DNA from: Sedimentisphaerales bacterium
Lineage (GTDB): Bacteria; Planctomycetota; Phycisphaerae; Sedimentisphaerales; SM23-30
Length of the DNA stretch: 64,000 bases
Assembly (NCBI GenBank): GCA_963663965.2
Contig: CAXXFK010000007.1
Coordinates: forward strand, 128,001 to 192,000
Reading direction: 5' to 3'
The notes under the pieces are model-generated. The model was not told the origin of the DNA. It searched no databases and worked only from the letters and a program-made list of their open reading frames with translations. Both the position numbers and the translations under genes were made by a program. Numbering within the stretch: position 1 is the first letter of the stretch; each line of letters begins with the position of its first letter. Below are positions 29,118-38,992 of the stretch, piece by piece.

Positions 29118-31481
29118 TTATGGGGCCAAACGCTTTAAAGCATTTTGAGCGAATTGCTGCTCTTTTAATGACAGGCGCGGAACGATAATTGAATCTGAAC
29201 CGTGCATCAGTCTTTGCTGTTCCTGATATAACGACTCGATGTGTAATGCCTTTTGATATAAAGTAATCGCGGATTCTATCTGGCCGGTTTTCTCATACCA
29301 TTCTGCGAGTTTAACCATCAAATCGCTACGGATCGGATTGAGTTGTAAGGTTGTGCAAAGATAACATATGGCCTTGTTCTGGAGGGCGCTGTCTTCAGGC
29401 CTGACTTTCGCGGCGCGATCAAATATATCGGCCAGTAACGATGGATAACGAAAGTGGAATGGGTCTCGATCCTGTGCGGCCAGGCAATAATGTTCGGTTT
29501 TATCCAGGCCTTGAAGATCATGATTGTTTTGCCAGAGCTGGGCTTCGACCTGAGCAGCGATTAACAAACCGCTCGGATCGATTGGGTTCTGGTTCGCGCC
29601 GTTGATTGCCAGATCTAGCGCATCTTTCATAATCGCTTCTATTGGTTTTTCGGGAGCCTGGATCGCCAATTGTCCCAGCAGCACGCGGGCCTGACTCAGG
29701 CTTGTTTCTGATTTCCAGACCGGGATAAAAAGGAACAGCCAGTAACACCCGGCAAGAACTAAACCGGCAATGACTACCGGCTTCGCCGGTCCGTTGAAAG
29801 TCGATTGGAGTGGTTGGGTTGTTTTCTGCTTTTCGGCTATCAATGTTGCGCAAAGCATGAAGAATGTCGACAAAACGCCCGGTTGGAAAAATGCAAAATC
29901 TATCGTATTGTGCAGTAAAAAACCAGCCAGACCACATGAAATAAAACGCAGAATTACATTTTCTTTTGAATCAGCGCTTATACGGTCGGTTTCCTGACCC
30001 CCGAAGAAAGCGATTGCCAATCCGGTCAACCATACGATTCCCGGAACAATCAGCATGATTAAAATTACGCTGTCTTTGGATGAAGGATCCAGTGGCCCAA
30101 AATTACTGCATAAGTAGCGAATCCCAATAATTGTTGCCGTTGCCAGTATCAGGCCGGGCCAGATTTGAAGTCTGGTTAAAAGAGCTTCTTGGCGCACTTG
30201 ATTTTTGGGTTGGTTTTCATCGGGGCGAATAACTTTGATGGTGACAAGCAAAATTCCAGAAATTAATCCGGCCAGGCCCAGAATGCCCCATTGGCTCCAG
30301 ACCGATAATGGCAGAGAATGGGGATCCCGGATGACTTCAGAAGCGGCGGGATTCATATAACGCGGATAGTAATGGCCAAAATTTTCCGGGCCAACTCCAA
30401 AGAACCAGTGATCGGCAATCATGCCGGCTGTTGCACGCCAGTATTGCCAGCGGACCCAAAGAGAATTCCCGGGCAGGCGATTATGTAGTGTTCCATAAAT
30501 AATGATTATGGCGATACCGATGACAACAATGCCCAAGGCTACCGATAGAGCCATTTTCCAGTGTGGAACCAATCGTTTACGGAATATTTCGATTATCACT
30601 AATAAAAGAACCGCAGCTGAGAGCCCCAGGATGCCGCCATTACTTTGGGTAATCCACAAACCATACATCTGAAAGATCAGAACCAGTCCCCCCAGAATGC
30701 ACATTGTGGCATAAGAAGGCTCGTTGCGGATTTTTGTGCGTCCGGTTCGAATTAATCCGGCGAAAAGCGCGGTTCCAGCGGTGATCGATAAGATAAAAAA
30801 TGAGGCTGCGGTATTGCTTACATTAAAAAAGCCCCCGATATCCTGACTGCGCACCCGACTGAGAAATTGATGGGCTTTTAAGCTGCCCGGTTCAATCCCG
30901 TGTTTAGTTAAATAGGCATCCGGGTCTTTTTCGATCTCCTGTACTGTCTGGGGAATATCCCAATGTGCTTGTTCGTAACAGCGCCAGGTTAAGGCGATGC
31001 CGGTCGCGGCAATGGCGGCCAATACAAAACGGCGTTTCCAGCCCTGGTCGAGCCATTGAATCAGTTCCATGGCCCAGATCATCGGGCTCAGCCAGTTCAA
31101 GCCGCCCACTAGAGCAAGGTATTTGTCCGATGCCTGGGTGAGTGATAGGGCGAAACCTAAGACCAGTAAAAAAAGTGGTATTGTCAGCCAGGTAGATTTT
31201 CGATAGTTTGGGCAAGTCTGGGTTCGTATCGTAAAACTGATGGCAGCGATACTTAATAATATCCCGTTAAAGGCCAGCATTGCGGTAATTTCAGCAGTGC
31301 CGATCATCGCTCCACCAGAGAGCAAGTCGGCGGTTAAACCCATCGGAAACGATTCACCACACTGAGCCCGACCGGCAACCAGTATAATTCCGAACAGCAT
31401 AAGAAGATTTCGAATGCGATCCGTAACCGTATGTTGCCGGCTGGAAGGCAAATCAGATGACGGCTTGTTAATCGAATTCAT
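29118..31481 (-). CDS. O-antigen ligase (Wzy_C)-family membrane protein with a C-terminal TPR region
   Basis: Many TM helices; SLWVRWQYW...FGVGPENF...DPHS motif. Confidence 0.75.
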   Translation of the reverse strand: MNSINKPSSDLPSSRQHTVTDRIRNLLMLFGIILVAGRAQCGESFPMGLTADLLSGGAMIGTAEITAMLAFNGILLSIAAISFTIRTQTCPNYRKSTWLTIPLFLLVLGFALSLTQASDKYLALVGGLNWLSPMIWAMELIQWLDQGWKRRFVLAAIAATGIALTWRCYEQAHWDIPQTVQEIEKDPDAYLTKHGIEPGSLKAHQFLSRVRSQDIGGFFNVSNTAASFFILSITAGTALFAGLIRTGRTKIRNEPSYATMCILGGLVLIFQMYGLWITQSNGGILGLSAAVLLLVIIEIFRKRLVPHWKMALSVALGIVVIGIAIIIIYGTLHNRLPGNSLWVRWQYWRATAGMIADHWFFGVGPENFGHYYPRYMNPAASEVIRDPHSLPLSVWSQWGILGLAGLISGILLVTIKVIRPDENQPKNQVRQEALLTRLQIWPGLILATATIIGIRYLCSNFGPLDPSSKDSVILIMLIVPGIVWLTGLAIAFFGGQETDRISADSKENVILRFISCGLAGFLLHNTIDFAFFQPGVLSTFFMLCATLIAEKQKTTQPLQSTFNGPAKPVVIAGLVLAGCYWLFLFIPVWKSETSLSQARVLLGQLAIQAPEKPIEAIMKDALDLAINGANQNPIDPSGLLIAAQVEAQLWQNNHDLQGLDKTEHYCLAAQDRDPFHFRYPSLLADIFDRAAKVRPEDSALQNKAICYLCTTLQLNPIRSDLMVKLAEWYEKTGQIESAITLYQKALHIESLYQEQQRLMHGSDSIIVPRLSLKEQQFAQNALKRLAP

Positions 31482-32458
31482 TAGAATGAATTATGTTGTT
31501 TGAACAAGGGCGTATCGAGCGATTTAATGTAGTTGGTCCAGGAAGACATATTGCTGTCGTTTTTGATTTCGGTCAGAGTCAGCGCCATTTTTGAATCAAG
31601 ATTATCGAGAAAATGGACCATATAGGCTTCGGGGGTGGCGGGCAATATGGGGCAGCCGAACTCGCGTATCCCATGGTGGGAAACGATGATATGAATCAGG
31701 CAATCGGCCAGAGTGCGCGGGAAGCGCTCGGTTTTTTCATCGTTGAGCTGTTTGACTTTTTCTTCGATCATGATGGCGCCCTTGACGAGGTGGCCCATGA
31801 GTCGGCCCTGATCGCTGTATTTGAAGCTGATATCAAAGTCCAGTTCATTCGTTTTTCCGATGTCGTGCAGGAACAAGCCGGTCAGCACCAGGTCGCCGTT
31901 GATTTCGGGATAGAGCGGGATGATACGCTGGCCGAGTTCAAGAAGGGTCAGGGTGTGTTCCAGCAAGCCGCCGATATAGGCGTGGTGGAGGGCGATTGCC
32001 GCAGGAGCATCGCGATAGAGCTGCATCAAGTGTTGATCACCCAAGAAGGCTTTGATCAGTCGAATCAGGTGAGGATTCTTAATGGTCCCCAGGATTTCCA
32101 GCAAACGGTTCCACATGGCGGGGATGTCGTTTTTGGTTGTGGGCAGAAATTCACTGAGGTCGACTTCATCGCGTTCGATGGGTCGAATGGCTTCGACAAC
32201 CATCTGCAGCGAGTTCTGATACATTTCGGTGCGGCCCTTGACCATGACAAAACCTTCTTCCGGGAGGCTTTGATAAATTTCTTCGGTAGCCTGCCACATG
32301 CGGGCGTTGAGCCGGCCGGTAGCGTCACTGAGATAGGCGGCAATATAATAATCGCCGCGGCTGGTTGTTCGTAATTGGGGCTGGCTGATGAGAAAAACCT
32401 GGTTGATAATCTCGGCTGGATTCAAACGCTCGATCGGACAACGCGGGACAGTGGTCAT
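31481..32458 (-). CDS. yhaM: YhaM/Cbf1-like 3'-5' exoribonuclease (OB + HD)
   Basis: OB fold (LSDATG...VKGR), HHAYIGGLLEH, LHDIGK, SHHG; ATG at 32458 with GGGAG RBS. Confidence 0.85.
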   Translation of the reverse strand: MTTVPRCPIERLNPAEIINQVFLISQPQLRTTSRGDYYIAAYLSDATGRLNARMWQATEEIYQSLPEEGFVMVKGRTEMYQNSLQMVVEAIRPIERDEVDLSEFLPTTKNDIPAMWNRLLEILGTIKNPHLIRLIKAFLGDQHLMQLYRDAPAAIALHHAYIGGLLEHTLTLLELGQRIIPLYPEINGDLVLTGLFLHDIGKTNELDFDISFKYSDQGRLMGHLVKGAIMIEEKVKQLNDEKTERFPRTLADCLIHIIVSHHGIREFGCPILPATPEAYMVHFLDNLDSKMALTLTEIKNDSNMSSWTNYIKSLDTPLFKQHNSF

Positions 32459-32504
32459 GTCGTGTAACTCCCTGTTATTAAAAGATATAACTAATAAACG
32501 ATAT

Positions 32505-32533
32505 AGTATAGCCCTCGGATTAGACGCTGGCAA
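32505..32533 (-). promoter_or_regulatory. Sigma70 promoter of yhaM
   Basis: Minus strand TTGCCA-N17-TATACT. Confidence 0.6.
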
Positions 32534-32588
32534 GTCAAATTCGGTGTTTTTGACAGGTTGAGAATTTCTGTTAAGTAAATTGTAAAAA

Positions 32589-33022
32589 TTGGGTTCGTTT
32601 GGAATCGGCGATGGGTTTTGATCAAGGCCGACAGGGGCAACGCCTTTGAGTGTTCAGGCGTGATAGAGAAGGAACACCTCTGAATCTGACAGAGTCCATT
32701 TGTTGGATTGACAGGAATTTTTTTGTAAACGCTTCTCGAAAAAGCGTGGTATCTATTTGTTAGTTAATATGTTATGATCTGTTAAATTTTAATTGGCTTC
32801 GTTTCGCGCGGGCAGGTAAGAATGGCCCTGATACCTTATAATTGTGATTGCGGGTGGTCAATTGGGTTCGTTTTCAAGGGAGATAGTCGCCTTACAAATT
32901 AATGGGAGGCCCAGAATTGTGCAGTTTATTAAATTTTCAAAGAGCTTTTCGGATGAAATTAGTTTTGGGGAAACCACGGGTTAACCAATATTTATTATAG
33001 CAGGATGTTAATTATAAGTCAA
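32589..33022 (-). repeat. Conserved intergenic element, copy A (promoter, boxA-like motif, repeat boxes)
   Basis: Minus strand: TTGACT-N17-TATAAT (33022-32994); GCTCTTTGAAAA (32945-32934); TGGGCCTCCCA; AAACGAACCCAA/AAACGAAGCCAA at 32873, 32804 and 32600; 25-bp IHF-like site at 32750-32774. Confidence 0.7.
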
Positions 33023-33254
33023 ATATATGTTATTGTTTAGTGTGAATATTATTAGATTTGATTTGAGTATGTATAACAGAGGAGAATATCCTCTCAAGTA
33101 TTTATCTGATTTGAACTTATGTCATGTATGTTTAACCTTTCTCATAATTATTGTACGATTGTATTGTCGTACGATAAATTGGTTAATGAATGTTAAAGGC
33201 TAGAAAATCAGACCTCTTAATGCTCTGAATAAATTTTTGTGGTTGAAAATATTT

Positions 33255-35426
33255 TCAGGGTAGAGCCGGTTGGATGTGGCAGGCTATATCGGTGTTGAAG
33301 GGGGGGATAGGGGTGGAATTATTATTGCCGGGCAGGGTAAATTTGCCGGACGATGTGGGCTGTCCTGATTGGGTGTTCCACCATTGGATCTGGTAAGCGC
33401 CGGGAGGTAGGGTTGGGAGGGATAGTTGATAGTTGGTGAGCGTTGGTGGTGTTTGTTTATCGGTAACGGCGTGGCACCAGGCGGATTGGGTGTGGTAGAA
33501 CCAGAGCCAGGCGCGGTTGTTATCGGCCAGGCCGATGGGGATGATCTGGCCGGCAGGGGAGTTGTCGGGTGAGAGTACCCGGGCGTTTATGGATTGAAGA
33601 TGTATGGAGTTCCATGGGATGTTTTGGGTAAAGTCGGCCAGCGACTGGTAAAGGGGGTAATGATTGAGAGGGTCGACGCGGTCCCACCACCAGTAAAGTG
33701 CGGTGGCTGAGGAGCCGGAGAGCGCAGAGGCCCAGAGGGTGTGATGGAAATCGGCCAGGCTGGCGCTTTGTTTGAGTTCGTCGTTAAGGCGCCACTGGTT
33801 GTCGGCCAGGCCGAATTCGCCCAGAAACGAAGGGCGGTCGGGTGTCTGGCGGTGTAGGCGATCATAGCATTGCAGGTAAGCTTCGGCTTCATCTCGGTAT
33901 TTTGAGTAATCAGCGGGCCGGTAATAATAATGTTCCTGCGCGAAATCCAGCCAGGGCGATTGCCAGTCGCGGGGACAGGAACTCCAGGTGCTGGTGGTGC
34001 GGAGATGGCGATAAGGATCAATCTGATCGAGATAGCGGGCCAGTTCTTGATAAAAGCGGGTGGTTGGTTTGCCGGGATCGATTTCATTGAAATATTCCCA
34101 GGCGGCCAGACTGGTGGCATAGCCCCAGCGAGCCACGGCATAGCGCAGGGTTTTTCGAGCGGCATTGATGGCGCTTTGATATGGTGTTGATGATTCATCA
34201 GAGAGGTTTTTCATGTAGAGATCACGGGTAAGAAGTGTGAGCTGGATTTTAATATTATTTTTGCGGGCAGCCTCAATTACCTGATCGAGATAGAAGCAGT
34301 CAGGTTGATTGTAAGTTCCGAGCACAGGCCGGTTAGGACTGGCTTCCCATAACAATTCAGGGCCGCCACCGGCCTCGGTCAGAGAAATGGCATCGATCCA
34401 GGCCGTGCCGGGCTGGTCAAGTTGCAGAGAGGGATTGTCCAGCCAGTAGGTAGTAGGTAAGGTCTGGAAGGATATTTGCCAATCTGCCCAGGTATCAGGT
34501 GGGCTTTGGATGGGTTGGGCGAGAGACTGGCCGGAACAATGGACTTGAAAGCGGGCTCCGGATTGGGTGAGTACTTTGCCGCTGAGGATGTAGCGGGTGG
34601 ATGGTCGCAAGGCGATGGGATGCGAGGGATTGAGGTTGAGTGATTTTCCGGCGGGTCCAGATAGTTTGATCAATAAATGATCCGGGCGGTCGGGCAGAGA
34701 GTCGAAGGGCGGATTCCAGTTCCAGGATCGGCCGAAGGCGCTTTTACGGGCTTCGATCCCCAGGGCCCAGTCATCACAGCCGGACCAGATGCGGACATAA
34801 TTGGCGCCATGACGGGCGAGTTGGGCCAGGGTGCCTTCGGCGCGCAGCAGGGTTAGATACTGGGTTTCACCAATAAACGCCAGGTTCTGACCAATGGGGA
34901 AGAACGGTTTGCCATTGGAAGTGATAAAAGAACGGGGGTTGGTTGGGCAGACTCGCAGAAAACCGGGATCGTTGGAAGGCAGGCATTCGAAGCTGACCGG
35001 TCCGGAAAGTTGTTTGCCGTGGAGGTCGCAGAGGATAGCCCGGGCCTGATATTGGCCGGGAATGGAAGGGGCAAAACGGGCCAGCCAGATTGGCGGGCCG
35101 GAGGGGCAGATCCAGGTTTGGGGTCGGTTATTGTTTTTTAGCGTCTTGCGCTCGTAAGGTTGATAATAAAAAGCAGGCAGGCTCAGGGAATAGTTCTGTG
35201 GATCAGTCAGTTCGATGGTCAGGTTGACTTCGTTGGGATCGAAAGGATTATGATATTGGGTGGTCAGGTTAATATTGAATTCGATTTTGTCGTAGCAGGC
35301 AACTCGAGTGGCGTCTGACGAGAGTACAAGCGGGTCATTCTGTCCGGCAAAGAGGGCGGTGGAGACAATAACCAGGAAGATTGTGGTACAAGAAGAGATT
35401 CTGTGAGAAAAACCATGAGTGTTCAC
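33255..35426 (-). CDS. DUF5060-domain secreted glycoside hydrolase (GH5-like barrel with an inserted CBM-like module)
   Basis: NPFDP...AFY...WLARFAP N-terminal domain; RYAVARWG...AWEYFNE; FLGEFG. Confidence 0.65.
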   Translation of the reverse strand: MNTHGFSHRISSCTTIFLVIVSTALFAGQNDPLVLSSDATRVACYDKIEFNINLTTQYHNPFDPNEVNLTIELTDPQNYSLSLPAFYYQPYERKTLKNNNRPQTWICPSGPPIWLARFAPSIPGQYQARAILCDLHGKQLSGPVSFECLPSNDPGFLRVCPTNPRSFITSNGKPFFPIGQNLAFIGETQYLTLLRAEGTLAQLARHGANYVRIWSGCDDWALGIEARKSAFGRSWNWNPPFDSLPDRPDHLLIKLSGPAGKSLNLNPSHPIALRPSTRYILSGKVLTQSGARFQVHCSGQSLAQPIQSPPDTWADWQISFQTLPTTYWLDNPSLQLDQPGTAWIDAISLTEAGGGPELLWEASPNRPVLGTYNQPDCFYLDQVIEAARKNNIKIQLTLLTRDLYMKNLSDESSTPYQSAINAARKTLRYAVARWGYATSLAAWEYFNEIDPGKPTTRFYQELARYLDQIDPYRHLRTTSTWSSCPRDWQSPWLDFAQEHYYYRPADYSKYRDEAEAYLQCYDRLHRQTPDRPSFLGEFGLADNQWRLNDELKQSASLADFHHTLWASALSGSSATALYWWWDRVDPLNHYPLYQSLADFTQNIPWNSIHLQSINARVLSPDNSPAGQIIPIGLADNNRAWLWFYHTQSAWCHAVTDKQTPPTLTNYQLSLPTLPPGAYQIQWWNTQSGQPTSSGKFTLPGNNNSTPIPPFNTDIACHIQPALP

Positions 35427-35844
35427 GTGTTAGATTTCCTGCGTTGCGCGGGCCTTTGTATTAGCCGAGAAATACCTGTAATCATTTATGTATCAATGGA
35501 TATTATTGTGCCATTAAATCCGAATCACAGACAGTTTGTTTTTCTTCCGGAAAATGTAACAAAAAAATGAATATCATCAAATATAACGGATTCTATGCCC
35601 AATCGGTATAAAAATTCCTGGTCACCCGAAATTTAACTTATTACTCGTCAAATATTTATATCCCGGCGTAACGGGAAAATTCAATTGTAAAGGGCATAAT
35701 TGTGTTATTGACAGGGGAAGAGGTGAACTATAAAATTCTGTTTATTGTTGGTAATCATGGGAAATCGGATGACGCGTTGGCAATCTGCCCGCTTCCCATG
35801 GCAATATCGATTATGTTCTTTTAATCTATGAGTGAGGAAAAGTT

Positions 35845-36369
35845 ATGGCAAAATGCGATTTCTGCGGCACTACGATTTTATTTGGAGGCAAAAAAGAAGG
35901 GGCCTATCGATTTTGCGGCGACAAATGTCTGGCCAAAGGGTATGCCGTTCAGGTCGGCAATCAGATCCCACCAGACATTGTCGATGAACATACCCGGGCG
36001 TTACATGGCGGTGATTGTCCCAAGTGTTCCAGGCCGGGTCCGGTTGATATCCAAACTTCTCATACAGTCTGGTCCGCATTGTTATTGACATCATGGAAAA
36101 GTCATCCGGAGATCTGCTGCCGGTCATGTGGTGTGAAAAAGAAGCTGGGCGGTTTGTTTTTTTCATTGTTTTTCGGCTGGTGGGGATTCCCGTGGGGGAT
36201 CATTATTACACCGGTCCAGGTACTCCGCAATTTCTTCGGGCTGTTTTCCGGTCCGGATCCCTATACGCCGTCGAAAGCGTTGGAGAAGATCGTCAGAACG
36301 AACCTGGCTTATGCCGCTTTGCAGGAACAGGAATCGAACCCGACTGATGATGTAGTAACATTTCAGTAG
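35845..36369 (+). CDS. Cys-rich (zinc-ribbon) membrane protein, hypothetical
   Basis: CDFC, CGDKC, CPKC and CRSC motifs; hydrophobic GWWGFPWG segment; GAGG RBS. Confidence 0.65.
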   Translation: MAKCDFCGTTILFGGKKEGAYRFCGDKCLAKGYAVQVGNQIPPDIVDEHTRALHGGDCPKCSRPGPVDIQTSHTVWSALLLTSWKSHPEICCRSCGVKKKLGGLFFSLFFGWWGFPWGIIITPVQVLRNFFGLFSGPDPYTPSKALEKIVRTNLAYAALQEQESNPTDDVVTFQ

Positions 36370-36437
36370 TTTACAGCACATAACTCAAACAAGCCATCGG
36401 GCTGATCGATAAAAAACTTATCAAGCGGCCGACAGCC

Positions 36438-38780
36438 CTATTCCGAGGTTATCGGAGGCGCGGAGGTTCGGTATTTTTCGATGAATTCGTCGATCAGATC
36501 CTGATCCGGGCCGAGGCGGATCGAGTCATTGGGATCGTCCAAAGGGATTTCTTCTAATGAGTTGGGATCTTCGATCCATTGGCCGTCTTCGAGGTAGCGG
36601 CTGGCGAGGAGGCGATCGTTCTGATAGACCTCTACTGTGATGAGTTTGCCCTCTTCATACCATTTCCATTCGCCGTCGTAAAGACCCATGTTCCAGCGGC
36701 CTTCGCAGGTGATCTGGCCGTCGAGGTCGTAGCAGACATCACGGCCGTGGTACCAGCGGGCGTCGTCGGAGAGTTCGATTTCGTTTTCCAGGCTGGACAG
36801 GTACCAGGTTTTTTCCACAGGGCGTTCGCGGCCGGTGTCATCGGTTTCCAGCACGATTGCGGTACGGTAGCCACCATTGTGATGCCAGTTCTGCGTATGG
36901 CCGATCAGTCCGAATCCACCGAGCAAAGCAAAAGCCCAGCCTGCCAAGTACAGCGTAAGCAGGCCTATGGTGGCTGCGATGCCGGGAGGGCGCAGATGGA
37001 CCTTTTCCCAGATGGCCAGGACCCGCGTTGCCAGATCACGGGGCTGGATGTGGGATTTGCTGTGGTTAAAGATACCGGTGAGGATGTCGGCCAGGCAATC
37101 ATCGGGGATGTCCAAATCTTTGAGGTTGACGGGGGGCGTTAAGCGATCGGCGGTTTTTAGTTTTTGGCGGAGTTCCCGGGCGATACAGGCCTGACGCCAG
37201 GTGACGCCGGCCCCGGCGATATTGACAAATCCCAGGAAGCCGAATAAGAATGATTGCAAATGCCAGGCGAGAAAGAAAAACAGCAGGCCGTTGAGGACAG
37301 TGAGAAGCCATTCGAGATGGCGGCTACGGCTGAAGAGTACCTCCTGCATGAAGCGGCCGCCATCCAGCGGCAGGAAGGGCAACAGATTGAGGGTGTTAAT
37401 CAGTAGAAAGACCATTGCCCCCTCTCGATAAAGGATATTGTCGGTGCGATAAGCGGCGAAGATGAGTCCCAGTGCGATGAGGATACCGGGGACAGGGCCC
37501 AGCAGGGAGACGAGGGCTTTTTTATAACTGGGCGCAAAATGGGAGCGGCCGGATACGGCAGCGCCCATCATTGGCAGAAAGAACATTTTGATATCCTGAT
37601 AACCGAAAACTTTCATGCCGAAGTAATGGCCCAGTTCGTGAATGAATACGACCACAGTCAGCCAGAGAATGTAGTCGAGGCCCCAGTTGAACCAGCCAAG
37701 CTGGAAGAAAATAATGAGTGAAATGGCCAGAATGATCAGAGTTTTGATGGGATTCTGTTTGGGGACTTTCAGGACTTCGATCTGTTCCCGGACAGATTGG
37801 ATGTATTCCGGGTTCATGCCCTCAACTTGAAACGTGGGCGAGCCGGGTGTGGAAGAGGGGGAATCTGCCGGATCGATCAGTTCGGCGGCGGCATAGTCAT
37901 CATTGGCCGTGTCGACACTGGCCTGGGATTCATTTTGGGTTTGAGTGCGAGCAATAGCATCGTCATCCCAGTGGCCGCGTTCGAGCTGGACCTGGCGAAC
38001 AACTTCGAAAATTTTGCTGAATTCTCCGCGCAGGGGCTGGCCGAGCATGCGTTCGAATTCGCGTTGGCCAATCAAATAGCCCCGGTGTTTTACTTCGGCC
38101 TTGCGTAACTGGTTAGACCGATTTTGACTGGCTTGCATACTGGGGAAATCAGAGCGGGGGATCGGGTGTATAGTGGGGTTTTGATTGATAATTTCGGATA
38201 ATCTCTGACAATGGGCCTGAAATAAAGATTGGGCCGATGTCTGGCCGGGCAGACGCTGGACCTGTAATTTAGAATCCCACTGAAAGGCATTGGCCTTGAG
38301 AGGAAGCGCGTTGGTTAAAAGAAAACTGCCGTCGGAAAACTCGGTTTCAAACTCGATGGCACGTTGTTCAGACACCAGGCCGGCTTTTTGCTGTAATGCC
38401 GTTTTGCCTCTTGGCCTGATATGATAAATAATACAATGAATGGTATGATCCGGGCTGGTAAGGCAGCGCACAAAAGTGCGCAGATCGGGATAAATTTCAG
38501 ACAATGTTTCATCTTCAAAATCTGTTAAAAAGGCAAGGCCCAACTGCTCCGCTTCTCGCTGCGCGGAGCGGTAAAAATCCAGATCAAGATCGGGCATTTC
38601 ACGATCGCCATCGACCTGGACCAGTTGATGGGGCTCGAGGAATGCCCCTTCCATTTCGGAGACCATTTTTTCGGCGATTTTGCGGCGGCGGCTTCCGGCG
38701 GTGATCTGGCGGTAGATCAGGTAGATAACGACAACAACGACGACGAAAACGATGGGGTTTTCACCTTTTAACCAATCCAT
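36438..38780 (-). CDS. Site-2 protease (M50) fusion with an N-terminal soluble domain and C-terminal MORN-variant-like repeats
   Basis: IHELGH and NLLPFLPLDGG; C-terminal YHG...Y...GQITCEGRW...GLYDGEWKWYEEG. Confidence 0.82.
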   Translation of the reverse strand: MDWLKGENPIVFVVVVVVIYLIYRQITAGSRRRKIAEKMVSEMEGAFLEPHQLVQVDGDREMPDLDLDFYRSAQREAEQLGLAFLTDFEDETLSEIYPDLRTFVRCLTSPDHTIHCIIYHIRPRGKTALQQKAGLVSEQRAIEFETEFSDGSFLLTNALPLKANAFQWDSKLQVQRLPGQTSAQSLFQAHCQRLSEIINQNPTIHPIPRSDFPSMQASQNRSNQLRKAEVKHRGYLIGQREFERMLGQPLRGEFSKIFEVVRQVQLERGHWDDDAIARTQTQNESQASVDTANDDYAAAELIDPADSPSSTPGSPTFQVEGMNPEYIQSVREQIEVLKVPKQNPIKTLIILAISLIIFFQLGWFNWGLDYILWLTVVVFIHELGHYFGMKVFGYQDIKMFFLPMMGAAVSGRSHFAPSYKKALVSLLGPVPGILIALGLIFAAYRTDNILYREGAMVFLLINTLNLLPFLPLDGGRFMQEVLFSRSRHLEWLLTVLNGLLFFFLAWHLQSFLFGFLGFVNIAGAGVTWRQACIARELRQKLKTADRLTPPVNLKDLDIPDDCLADILTGIFNHSKSHIQPRDLATRVLAIWEKVHLRPPGIAATIGLLTLYLAGWAFALLGGFGLIGHTQNWHHNGGYRTAIVLETDDTGRERPVEKTWYLSSLENEIELSDDARWYHGRDVCYDLDGQITCEGRWNMGLYDGEWKWYEEGKLITVEVYQNDRLLASRYLEDGQWIEDPNSLEEIPLDDPNDSIRLGPDQDLIDEFIEKYRTSAPPITSE

Positions 38781-38992
38781 AGCAATACTCCTTAAGCCGG
38801 TCTCTTATTCTGGTTGAATGGTTATGGATGTTATTGTAGCAGCGAGCGGATCGGAAAGCAAAGGAATAATGATGGATGTATACCCAATGGGTGTGAAAAT
38901 TCCAGATTGCCCGCAAGATAAGTTTTTACTCGTGTAGAATTTATATCGCAGTCCAGCGGGCATTTTCGATTGTAAGCAGTATAATGGCAGAA

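Noticed and set aside
32589..32873. TTGG(G/C)TTCGTTT repeats as a CRISPR array
   Set aside because: The repeat is only 12 nt, spacing is irregular (204 and 69 nt), and no cas genes are present.
32534..33022. rRNA or tRNA operon behind the boxA-like motif and strong promoter
   Set aside because: No rRNA or tRNA cloverleaf sequence is recognisable downstream in either copy A or copy B.
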